Positions 17,719 through 25,453 of a stretch of 55,796 bases of DNA are shown piece by piece (the stretch's first letter is position 1; each line of letters opens with the position of its first letter). The position numbers and the translations under genes are program-made. The DNA lies in IMG/VR virus record IMGVR_UViG_3300028198_000005, positions 1 to 55,796 of that record, one strand, 5' to 3'. Source of the stretch: a virus. Lineage: Duplodnaviria; Caudoviricetes. The notes beneath the pieces were generated by a model. The model was not told where the DNA came from. It ran no database searches and saw only the letters and a list, made by a program, of their open reading frames with translations.

Positions 17719-18120
17719 TCAACCCTTAAAATTAACTTTTTTAACTTTTGATTGGTCTTGCTTGTTTTTAGCTTCCCAATTAGCTATCCTTAAGCGCATC
17801 CTGTGGTTCGTCTGAAGCATTCGCATTGCAGTATTCCAACCGTGTTTCATTCCGTCAAGTAGAGCTTTTTGCTCAAGTCCATCTACTTCTCTGGTGTGCG
17901 CTTGGACACCACTTGCGGCCTTTCTGATCTTGAACCATTCTGATTTGATCAAGTCCGCTTCCGCTTGTTTGAAAATCTCCAACGGCCGCGGCTGTTTCCA
18001 TGTTTTGGCGAGTTCGGCATCCTTCAGGTCATTGGCTTCAGCGGCTTGTTTGTCAGCAGCAGCCATGTCCATTTTGGCGATCCAATTTTCATTCTTGTCT
18101 TTATTTTTCATTTTTTTCAT
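17719..18120 (-). CDS. hypothetical helical protein
   Basis: ATG 18120 after TTGACC-N17-CAGAAT and a leader hairpin. Confidence 0.6.
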   Translation of the reverse strand: MKKMKNKDKNENWIAKMDMAAADKQAAEANDLKDAELAKTWKQPRPLEIFKQAEADLIKSEWFKIRKAASGVQAHTREVDGLEQKALLDGMKHGWNTAMRMLQTNHRMRLRIANWEAKNKQDQSKVKKVNFKG

Positions 18121-18189
18121 TTCAGTGAGTCTCTCACTTCCCTTATTCTGAAGCAACCAGAGAAAAAGGTCAACCCTTAAATTTAATTT

Positions 18190-18432
18190 TTATCCGCAAG
18201 TCGGAAACAAGCGGCCCCTGTTCAATTGATCGCCGCCCCAACCGAAGGCGATTTCCTGACCGTCTCTCTCGATGATCCAAGGCCACATATTCCCATCCAA
18301 AACCTGCGCCATTTCGCAAGCGGCATCAAATGCAGAGTGGTCTTTGCCTCGTTCGTTCGTGAACTTTTTGCTGCCCACGCGGTTGGTGTCTTCGTCTCTC
18401 CAACTTAACTCGTATGTGATCTTGTCTCTCAT
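18190..18432 (-). CDS. hypothetical protein
   Basis: 80-aa ORF with its own promoter. Confidence 0.65.
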   Translation of the reverse strand: MRDKITYELSWRDEDTNRVGSKKFTNERGKDHSAFDAACEMAQVLDGNMWPWIIERDGQEIAFGWGGDQLNRGRLFPTCG

Positions 18433-18479
18433 AACTTCAAAAATTATCGTTTATTTCGCCTTAAAAGTCAACACTTATT

Positions 18480-18701
18480 TTAAAGTATATTTGGCATACG
18501 CCGCCGCGTTACTACTATCTCGGCCGCTTTCCCGATCCTCTTAAGATTAGCCTCACGCTTGAACTGCTCCCAAGTGGGGCGATCGCTTTCGGCGGTCGTC
18601 ATGTCTAGTTGCAGAGCTTTCCACTCTTTCATGTCGGCCCTTCGGAGTGCTTGAACGCGTAGGGCAAGTTGCTTGAATTGGTTGTCTGTCATGTCTCTCA
18701 T
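18480..18701 (-). CDS. hypothetical protein
   Basis: MRDMTD start behind TTGCAA-N17-GACAAT. Confidence 0.55.
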   Translation of the reverse strand: MRDMTDNQFKQLALRVQALRRADMKEWKALQLDMTTAESDRPTWEQFKREANLKRIGKAAEIVVTRRRMPNIL

Positions 18702-18744
18702 AACTGGGTTTATTGTCTCAAAAAACTGATAAGGTTGCAAGCTT

Positions 18745-18936
18745 TTATTCGCACTCGCGGCATTGGAACCAGTCGGTATCAGTCCATTGGCTGGCCTCTT
18801 CATGGCTAATGTGAAGCTCTTCATTGCATCCGCAGCAGGATACCAGTACTTTTTCGTTAGCCTTTTTGACTGCCTCTCGGCGGTTCCGGAGGTTGAAGTG
18901 TCGGCGAATTTCGGTCATTGTCATTGTGTTTTTCAT
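18745..18936 (-). CDS. Zn-finger protein, paralog of 23937-24101
   Basis: VLVSCCGCNEEL...DWFQCRECE. Confidence 0.65.
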   Translation of the reverse strand: MKNTMTMTEIRRHFNLRNRREAVKKANEKVLVSCCGCNEELHISHEEASQWTDTDWFQCRECE

Positions 18937-19101
18937 GTTGTTCTTAATCTCTCTCACTGAAAAAAGTATAGCAGAATCCGAGAAAAAGTCAACCAATAAT
19001 CTCACTTTTTTTCATTTTATTAAAGAAAGTTTTTTTTGTAATCGGGAGGGGTTGGCACGGTTCTACTTTGAAAAACGTTATTTTTTACCTTTTAAGAGTC
19101 G

Positions 19102-19174
19102 TAAGTCGTTGAAGCTTAAGGACTTACGCGCGGGGGGAGGGGGCGGCCGTAAGTCCTTGGTACTCAATGGGTTA
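19102..19174. repeat. double-palindrome element E6 (whole-inverted form)
   Basis: TAAGTC-GTTGAAGCTTAAG-GACTTA, 23-bp G-rich spacer, TAAGTC-CTTGGTACTCAAT-GGGTTA. Confidence 0.95.
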
Positions 19175-19254
19175 GGGTATAGAAAACGCCCCGCCGAGAA
19201 GAAATGAAGAAAGACCCGACGGGGCGCGCTGTTAGTTATGAGGTAACAGAAAAA

Positions 19255-19404
19255 CTATAATTTATTAAAAGTCTTTTTTAGTTTACGGCTTACTTTCAAC
19301 CGGCGCTGAACAGTATCATTGATTTCTTGTTCTGTCAATTCTTCTTTTTCGAAGTTTGGGTCTTTGCCTCTATACGGTTTAGTGTGACGGTATTCTTGTT
19401 TCAT
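19255..19404 (-). CDS. hypothetical protein (49 aa)
   Basis: MKQEYRHTKPYRGKDPNFEKEE..., read manually. Confidence 0.45.
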   Translation of the reverse strand: MKQEYRHTKPYRGKDPNFEKEELTEQEINDTVQRRLKVSRKLKKTFNKL

Positions 19405-19407
19405 AGT

Positions 19408-19737
19408 TTATAAGTACTCTTTTCTGTCTGGTTCTACATTTTTTTTGTAGTGGTCAAAGAATTTTTTTCTAGCTTGTTTCCTTAACTCTTTAAAGTATCC
19501 ATCAAAGCTCATTGAGACTTCCCACTTAGAATCCTCGCTCCAAGGCATCCCCTGTATGTCATCAACAACAATATTAACGATTTCTTCTATTGGCTTGCCC
19601 CATAGATTGCTCTCGTCTTTTACTAGAAACGATCTAGGACTGCACATCGATAACTGGCCTTCCTCTTTTTGGTTGTCCCACTTATCGCTAGCTTCTTCCC
19701 AAATTTCCTCCAAGCCTTTTTCTATTGTAGAGTTCAT
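19408..19737 (-). CDS. hypothetical protein
   Basis: 109-aa ORF. Confidence 0.6.
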   Translation of the reverse strand: MNSTIEKGLEEIWEEASDKWDNQKEEGQLSMCSPRSFLVKDESNLWGKPIEEIVNIVVDDIQGMPWSEDSKWEVSMSFDGYFKELRKQARKKFFDHYKKNVEPDRKEYL

Positions 19738-19746
19738 TATAGTTTA

Positions 19747-20208
19747 TTATAGTTTATAGAAAGCGTGTTGACCTATAACTTTGACAGGCTTTTCGCCTTT
19801 GGCCCAGTATGGTTTTTTCTTCATCCATGTGGCATGGTAGTGATTAGCAAAGCCAACGTAGTCGCGGCTTAAAAGTTTGATATTCTTTGCCAACCCCAGC
19901 GCGTACTTACCTTGCGGAACCTTCAGCAGATGTTCTAGGTCTTTTAATTGCTTACCGTTCCAGCAACTAAACTGATAGGGTTTGAGACAGATTTCGGTTG
20001 GTGTTCTCTTTCTCTCGAATGCACGTTGAGCAATGACAGCAGCCACCGCGTACATTCCCTTTTCCCCTTCTCCCCTTGCTTCGGCAAGGATAGTGATCGC
20101 AATTATTTTCGTTTCACGGGTGAATTTTGCGTTGTTATGCGTGTGCGCATAAACAGAACAAAAGATGATAGGTAGGGCTAGTAGTGTTATTATTTTTTTC
20201 ATTTTCAA
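19747..20208 (-). CDS. SleB-like cell wall hydrolase (Hydrolase_2) with signal peptide
   Basis: AEARGEGEKGMYAVA, QFSCWN, ANHYHA, PYWA and IGQHAFY motifs. Confidence 0.88.
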   Translation of the reverse strand: MKMKKIITLLALPIIFCSVYAHTHNNAKFTRETKIIAITILAEARGEGEKGMYAVAAVIAQRAFERKRTPTEICLKPYQFSCWNGKQLKDLEHLLKVPQGKYALGLAKNIKLLSRDYVGFANHYHATWMKKKPYWAKGEKPVKVIGQHAFYKL

Positions 20209-20366
20209 TATCCGTTATATGTTGTGGTTGTGCCGTACTTTTTGCGCTTGGCATCAGCGGCCTTCCTCATTGTATCATGGTAAGAGCCTTCGCTCCAGTC
20301 TGATTTTGGATAATGTCTCCAAATGTTCATTGCCGTTATTTCTTCTTTTATTATTGGTTTTTTCAT
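20205..20366 (-). CDS. hypothetical protein
   Basis: MKKPIIKEE start; coupled to the hydrolase gene. Confidence 0.45.
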   Translation of the reverse strand: MKKPIIKEEITAMNIWRHYPKSDWSEGSYHDTMRKAADAKRKKYGTTTTYNGY

Positions 20367-20370
20367 GGGT

Positions 20371-20694
20371 CTACCGATTCCGTTTTCTTTCAAGACATCT
20401 GAGGACTTTTGCTTCGGCGAGTTCATCCTCGCCAGCGATACTCCGCTCATCAATGCCGCGCTCGCGTAAACTTTTGGTTACAGACTCGTCAGATAACCAT
20501 TCAAGATCTTCGCTATGTTCGATCTCTCGGAGGGTGTCGCTGATAGTTTCGAGCCTTTGCTTGAGTTGGCCTAGTCGGAGCTGGATATGTGCCTTGTCAA
20601 CTAGGTTGGTTTGTGCAAGTATATCGACCATACCGGTGATATCCTCAATCTTGCTCGCTTCGTTTCTGATGTGTTTTTGTGTTTCAACTCTCAT
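20371..20694 (-). CDS. hypothetical coiled-coil protein
   Basis: Start lies within the duplicated promoter cassette. Confidence 0.6.
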   Translation of the reverse strand: MRVETQKHIRNEASKIEDITGMVDILAQTNLVDKAHIQLRLGQLKQRLETISDTLREIEHSEDLEWLSDESVTKSLRERGIDERSIAGEDELAEAKVLRCLERKRNR

Positions 20695-20722
20695 AACTTC
20701 AAAAAGTATAACTGATTTTTCC

Positions 20723-21037
20723 TTAAACGTCAACCCTTAAATCTAATTTTTTCAACTCTTCATTAGTCTCCGCTATTCGCTTTTGGAGGCTGTCCTTCTC
20801 GGTTTGCAGCCTTATCCTTGCGGCTTCCGAATCTGAAGTGTTGGCGAAATAATTAACGATTGTCTCGACGATAACGGTCATCGATACACCCAATCGACTG
20901 GACAGATCTTCGAGCTGCTGTTTTGTCTCCACTTTCAGCCGATAAGTAGCCATTACTCTATCGGGGATTTCTGGACTTTTCCCAACTTGGACGTTCGTTC
21001 GTTCAGCGACTGGGATTCTTTTGATTTTGGTATTCAT
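20723..21037 (-). CDS. ribbon-helix-helix (CopG/Arc-like) DNA-binding protein
   Basis: ATYRLKVETKQQLEDLSSRLGVSMTVIVETIV followed by a coiled coil. Confidence 0.65.
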   Translation of the reverse strand: MNTKIKRIPVAERTNVQVGKSPEIPDRVMATYRLKVETKQQLEDLSSRLGVSMTVIVETIVNYFANTSDSEAARIRLQTEKDSLQKRIAETNEELKKLDLRVDV

Positions 21038-21113
21038 TGTTATTTTTTTTTGCTTTAGTGAGTCTCTCACTTCCCCTAGTATGAAGCAACCAGAGAAAAA
21101 GTCAACCCCTTTA

Positions 21114-21635
21114 TTATCTTTTTGGCCGTCTCCCGTTGTCCCTATATTTGGGGCCGCGTGGGCCTTTGTATGGTTTTGGGGGTTGTGTGGGCCGTTTGCT
21201 CCAGTGAACGACGATCTCGGAAGGGTCGTAGCACTCGTTCGCGAGAACCTCGCCCAAGGTTACTTTGGCTTGGTGGTCGTCGGATAGGTGATGACGATGG
21301 CCTTCCGTCCCTTCGGGGAAGTACTCAAGGAATGACCACGCTATGCCGTCATCTAGTTTGCCGCAAGTGTCGTGGTTTAGGTAAACGTCCTGACCGTTCT
21401 CTGCCGCAAAAGCAATGGCATCAGCAAAACCGATTCTGTTTGCGGGCCAAGCCCATGTGCCGCAGTCGTAAACCGCGTAATGCGCGCCGAGTGGGACGCC
21501 GATCATCCATGCGTGACCCGAATGGTGGGAATCGGGCGGCGATGCGTATTTGCCCGATTTACACATAGGGCAACCCCTGCTGTGCTTTTCCATTGTCTCT
21601 TCGCTGTGGTCTATGTTGTCGTGTATTTCGCTCAT
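21114..21635 (-). CDS. hypothetical protein (Cys/His-rich)
   Basis: 173-aa ORF with its own promoter. Confidence 0.6.
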   Translation of the reverse strand: MSEIHDNIDHSEETMEKHSRGCPMCKSGKYASPPDSHHSGHAWMIGVPLGAHYAVYDCGTWAWPANRIGFADAIAFAAENGQDVYLNHDTCGKLDDGIAWSFLEYFPEGTEGHRHHLSDDHQAKVTLGEVLANECYDPSEIVVHWSKRPTQPPKPYKGPRGPKYRDNGRRPKR

Positions 21636-21692
21636 AACTTCAAAAAGTATAGTTTATTCGATGGTGGAAGTCAACCCTTAAAAGTCACTTTT

Positions 21693-21908
21693 TTACCATT
21701 TCACCACTCGGAACCATTCTCCGCGTACTCGCCTATTTAATGGCGTGTAGCTTGTCCACTCGTCCTGACTGATCTCTTTGACCGTTTGGACTCCGTCAAC
21801 CCAAGGCCCTTTGACCTTGACCATCTTCGGGCGACTGGCTTCAACCAACTCACGGGCGAATAACTCTTCATTTTCGAAGACCTCTTCTAGTTCGATTCTA
21901 TCCCTCAT
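21693..21908 (-). CDS. hypothetical protein
   Basis: MRDRIE start behind TTGACT...TATACT. Confidence 0.6.
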   Translation of the reverse strand: MRDRIELEEVFENEELFARELVEASRPKMVKVKGPWVDGVQTVKEISQDEWTSYTPLNRRVRGEWFRVVKW

Positions 21909-22046
21909 AACAGAAAACAGTATATCACAATCGCCGAAAAAGTCAACTTAAAAAGTCACTTTATTTCACTTTTTTTATTTTTATTTTTTGCTGTATTTGG
22001 CACCAGTTGGCACGCGTCCTGCACAAAAGTGTGATGTTTTAAAACC

Positions 22047-22119
22047 TAAGTTGTTGATTACCAAAGACTTACGCGCGCGGGGGGGCCGCGGCCGTAAGTC
22101 CTTGCGGCACAGTGACTTA
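22047..22119. repeat. double-palindrome element E7 (spacer-flipped form)
   Basis: TAAGTT-GTTGATTACCAAA-GACTTA, spacer identical to E5, TAAGTC-CTTGCGGCACAGT-GACTTA. Confidence 0.95.
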
Positions 22120-22198
22120 CGTACTAGCGGTGTTAGCATGTAGCGTGCCATGTAGCACCGATTATACTTTATTGTTTTAATTGTAATTATTAGATTAT

Positions 22199-22227
22199 AA
22201 AAAAACCCCGCCTCTTTCAAGGCGGGG
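22199..22227 (-). terminator. rho-independent terminator
   Basis: CCCCGCCT/AGGCGGGG stem with a T-run on the minus strand. Confidence 0.75.
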
Positions 22228-22301
22228 ACAAATGAATACAAGTAGATATGTTAGTTAACAACAACGGTTGACCTCCACCGTCAGGGGAAATTGTGCTGAG
22301 C

Positions 22302-22847
22302 TTAAGCCTTGGGGCCAAAGGCAATGCTGCCCTTGATCTTGCGCTTGCTTTTGCCGACCTTTTCCTTGGCCCACGTTAGCAGGCCTTTCTTGTTTAGGTC
22401 GACCATTACCGCGTTGACGCGATCCACTTCCTTCTTTGTCCAGAAGGGCGTACCCATGAACGTGGCGACGAACTTACCGGACAGGGAGTAGAACCCATCG
22501 TGGCCAGCGGCCTTGGCGTATTCTTCCTTGGCGTTCAGTAACGCCTTGACGGCCAGCCAAACGGCCCATTGCCGTGTGGTTAGCTTCACGTCCTTATGGG
22601 CGTGAGTGTACCTGCTGGACTTGACCTTAGCCTTGGCCTTAGCCTTGACTAACGATACCTTGGCCTTCGTCGTCTTGATGACGACCTTCTTCTCCCTCTT
22701 GGGGGACGTTACCGCGCTTACGGTGATGCTGCGCCCGGGGGCGTGTAGGCAATTCGCCAGAGCTAATGCGCCCTTCACGTTGCCGTTGATCAGTAACTGA
22801 CTTACCGCATTATGGATAGCGGCTGAACCTTCATTTTGCTTACTCAT
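22302..22847 (-). CDS. basic Lys/Ala-rich protein, possible C-terminal wHTH
   Basis: KAKAKAKVK tract; LTTRQWAVW...LNKKGLL; strongly GC3-biased codons. Confidence 0.65.
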   Translation of the reverse strand: MSKQNEGSAAIHNAVSQLLINGNVKGALALANCLHAPGRSITVSAVTSPKREKKVVIKTTKAKVSLVKAKAKAKVKSSRYTHAHKDVKLTTRQWAVWLAVKALLNAKEEYAKAAGHDGFYSLSGKFVATFMGTPFWTKKEVDRVNAVMVDLNKKGLLTWAKEKVGKSKRKIKGSIAFGPKA

Positions 22848-22906
22848 CTCGTTGTGTTTTTACCAAGAGGCGTTCGCCTCCATACCTCTAATGTAAGGGC
22901 TTCGAG

Positions 22907-23068
22907 CTATTCTGTCAACCCTTTTTTAAATTCTTCCGGCACCTTGTCTGGTGCTGGCTCGTCGTAGTCCATCTCGTTATCCTCCATCTTGGGCGGTGCG
23001 CCGTAGGGGAAGTTATTCGCTGCTACGAAGTATCTGCTTGTATTGTCGGTTAAGCTAAAGAATCTCAT
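22907..23068 (-). CDS. small acidic protein
   Basis: MRFFSLTD start adjacent to the upstream stop. Confidence 0.45.
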   Translation of the reverse strand: MRFFSLTDNTSRYFVAANNFPYGAPPKMEDNEMDYDEPAPDKVPEEFKKGLTE

Positions 23069-23069
23069 G

Positions 23070-23303
23070 TTATTGATTGTCGTTTGCATCTTCTTGGCAC
23101 TCATCGCAGATCGTCCCGTGATCATACTCATTGCCCCAGCTATGCACGCTGATCGTGCCTTCCCACTCGCTCTTTGCGCCGTCTTCCCTGTTGCATATGT
23201 CGCAAACCAATTGACCAAAATTTTCTTTTGGTGTTAAGCTGCTATGAATGAAGCCTGCAAAGGCCGCTCCGTATGTGTTTATTGTTTCTTTCTTGTCCCT
23301 CAT
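23070..23303 (-). CDS. small Zn-finger protein
   Basis: CDIC...CDEC; own promoter. Confidence 0.6.
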   Translation of the reverse strand: MRDKKETINTYGAAFAGFIHSSLTPKENFGQLVCDICNREDGAKSEWEGTISVHSWGNEYDHGTICDECQEDANDNQ

Positions 23304-23345
23304 AACTTCAAAAATTATCGTTTATTTCTTTGGATAAGTCAACAA

Positions 23346-23609
23346 CTATTCGCAAGAACCTTCGTAACATTCCGCGATGCTCACGACTTGGATCATCTCG
23401 CCGTTTGTCCATGTCTTACCGTGGATATCCTTTACGACTGTTTCCGCATGGAATTTGTCGATCATGTCGGCCTCGCTTGTGCCGAGCGGGAAGGTCGTGT
23501 GAATCCTGTTGAATCTGGTAAGCTCATGGCTGCCATTGTAAGCGGGGTTGCGCTCGATGTTGAACACTACGTTGAGGAATCTCTTTTTGGTTTTCATTGT
23601 ATCTCTCAT
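23346..23609 (-). CDS. hypothetical protein
   Basis: MRDTMK start behind TTGCAT...TATACT. Confidence 0.6.
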   Translation of the reverse strand: MRDTMKTKKRFLNVVFNIERNPAYNGSHELTRFNRIHTTFPLGTSEADMIDKFHAETVVKDIHGKTWTNGEMIQVVSIAECYEGSCE

Positions 23610-23665
23610 AACTGGGAAAAGTATAACAGGTTTTTCAGATAATGCAAGTAATAATCTGACTTTTT

Positions 23666-23893
23666 TCAAAAAAGTTCAATTAATTTATCGATCCTTTCCC
23701 GAAGCATTTCGGCCCTGTCGTTAGCTTCTGCCAACGCCTTGGTCAAGAATGTGTTTCCATTCTCGGCTTCCATCCAATCGCTGGACACTTTGCAGATCGA
23801 TTGAATCTCGATTAGCTCGCTGCTGATTTGTGCCTTCTCCTTGCTGATCTCCTTGACCTGCTCCAATGTCATTTCATTTACATTAACTTTCAT
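23666..23893 (-). CDS. hypothetical coiled-coil protein
   Basis: Start lies within the duplicated 55-bp promoter block. Confidence 0.6.
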   Translation of the reverse strand: MKVNVNEMTLEQVKEISKEKAQISSELIEIQSICKVSSDWMEAENGNTFLTKALAEANDRAEMLRERIDKLIELF

Positions 23894-23936
23894 AACTGGG
23901 TTTATTGTCTCAAAAAACTGATAAGGTTGCAAGCTT

Positions 23937-24101
23937 TTATTCGCATTCGTGGCATTGGAACCAGTCCAGATCATTCCAGTTTGCAGCCTCTTCTTGGCTG
24001 ATGCGAAGCTCTTCGTTGCATCCGCAGCAGGACACTAACACCTCGCTGGTAATCACTTGGCCGTTGTCGATAGGGTTCACTATTTCGTTGTTCTTATTCA
24101 T
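23937..24101 (-). CDS. Zn-finger protein, paralog of 18745-18936
   Basis: VLVSCCGCNEEL...DWFQCHECE. Confidence 0.65.
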   Translation of the reverse strand: MNKNNEIVNPIDNGQVITSEVLVSCCGCNEELRISQEEAANWNDLDWFQCHECE

Positions 24102-24316
24102 CTTATTTATTTCGTTGTTATTTCTCTCACTCACTGGGAATAGTATAGCACAACCTCCGAAAATTGCAAGCAAAAAAAGTCACTTTTTTAATCTTTTTTT
24201 AGGAGGGGGCGTGGCAGGTATCGTGCCAACATGGGCCATTTATCTGAAATATTTTGTTGTGTAATCGGTGGCGGTCGGCGGGGGGTGGGTAATTTCATTC
24301 TACCCTTTTATCCTAC

Positions 24317-24372
24317 AAATATATTTTCAAAAATACAAAACGAGAGAAGATAAAATATATTTTCAAAAATAC
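24317..24372. repeat. 20-bp direct repeat AAATATATTTTCAAAAATAC x2
   Basis: Copies at 24317 and 24353. Confidence 0.7.
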
Positions 24373-24396
24373 TGATAAGTCGCTATAATAGGATAT

Positions 24397-24621
24397 ATGA
24401 AAATGTGCACAAGCTGCCACGAGTCCAAACCTTACGATTTGTTTAGGAGACAGTCGAAAACCAAGGATGGGTACAAATATAGATGTAAAGAGTGCGATAA
24501 TTTGGCCGCTAGGGAATACTATAAGAGAAAAAAGAGTAAAATTATTGAAAACGCGAAAGAATGGCAGAAAAATAACCCGGATAAGGTAAAGGAATACAAA
24601 AAAAAGTATTATAGTAAGTAA
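24397..24621 (+). CDS. Zn-binding protein resembling the N-terminus of HNH/EndoVII-type endonucleases, without a nuclease domain
   Basis: CTSCHESK...KDGYKYRCKEC...W..NNPDK. Confidence 0.6.
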   Translation: MKMCTSCHESKPYDLFRRQSKTKDGYKYRCKECDNLAAREYYKRKKSKIIENAKEWQKNNPDKVKEYKKKYYSK

Positions 24622-24629
24622 AGACTGCC

Positions 24630-24950
24630 CTAAGGCTTATTGTACCGATTCGGCAGCTTCTTCTTAAGCCATTTTATAGATGAAACTTCGTAGCCGGAGT
24701 CTTTTACCATCTTTTTTATCTTCGAGGGATGAATTTCCACATTCCAATAATCTAGAAAGAGATTTCCCTGCTTGTAATCCATTTTAAGACTCTTGACCTT
24801 ACTGTTTTTGCTGAAGATCTTCTTAAGTCCTATGGCGCACGAGGGACAAACGAGTCCTCTGACGGCTATTTCGACATCAAAGAGTGGCGGCCGATCTTTT
24901 GCGTGAATTAAAGTCGCCGTTAAAAAAAATAATATAAAAAAACTTCTCAT
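24630..24950 (-). CDS. exported heavy-metal-associated (HMA) domain protein
   Basis: Signal peptide; VRGLVCPSCA; DSGYEV. Confidence 0.8.
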   Translation of the reverse strand: MRSFFILFFLTATLIHAKDRPPLFDVEIAVRGLVCPSCAIGLKKIFSKNSKVKSLKMDYKQGNLFLDYWNVEIHPSKIKKMVKDSGYEVSSIKWLKKKLPNRYNKP

Positions 24951-25453
24951 TTTGATTTGATTTGCCGCTGTCCAGACTGAAGGGACTCCATCCTTTTCAA
25001 AAGATAGTCTCTTTTTTCCCCTTCTTCCATTCTTCCTAGGTACTCCAAGCCTTTTTCATTTAGGGGTGCTTTTATCACAATCGTTGGAAGACCGTTCTTC
25101 TCGAAGCTAATTACCTGTTCTTTTCCGTAGGATGAGATAATGGCAGAGCTCGAAAGCACTTTTTCAAGTTCTAAGTTGTACAGCTTCTCGTTAGCTTTAA
25201 GAGAAACGAACTTATCCGGTTCCCCAGCCTTTCTGAGGATAAGATGAACCTTTTTAACTCCGTTTAATCGAGTAATGCCCGTTAGAAAAACTGTTGGAGC
25301 CGTTATATCATTAATTGGAGGGAGCACAAAGTCCGGCAGGGCTGGCTTTGAGGTTAGATCAAAAGCATTTCGGGCGCTTATTGATTTATATGGATTATCT
25401 TCGGCGAGAATAGAAACTGTAAATAGAAATATTAGTATGCTAATATTTTTCAT
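24947..25453 (-). CDS. exported protein, possibly GspC/PilP-like, host-type
   Basis: Signal peptide; NPYKSI..RNAF; LTGIT. Confidence 0.5.
   Translation of the reverse strand: MKNISILIFLFTVSILAEDNPYKSISARNAFDLTSKPALPDFVLPPINDITAPTVFLTGITRLNGVKKVHLILRKAGEPDKFVSLKANEKLYNLELEKVLSSSAIISSYGKEQVISFEKNGLPTIVIKAPLNEKGLEYLGRMEEGEKRDYLLKRMESLQSGQRQIKSK

Noticed and set aside
9311-22119. CRISPR array or classical integron attC interpretation of the repeats
   Set aside because: Copies are kilobases apart with no spacer array or cas genes. They lack the RYYYAAC/GTTRRRY ends of attC, and no intI is visible.
17391-24173. TTG-initiated N-terminal extensions in the ORF track (e.g. MTFKEKSVILFEV, MRLLVD, MLAIFGG)
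   Set aside because: They read through the -35/-10 promoter boxes; the true starts are the downstream GTTATG codons.
24397-24621. Active homing endonuclease
   Set aside because: Only the N-terminal Zn-binding part is present; no HNH or EndoVII catalytic motif follows.
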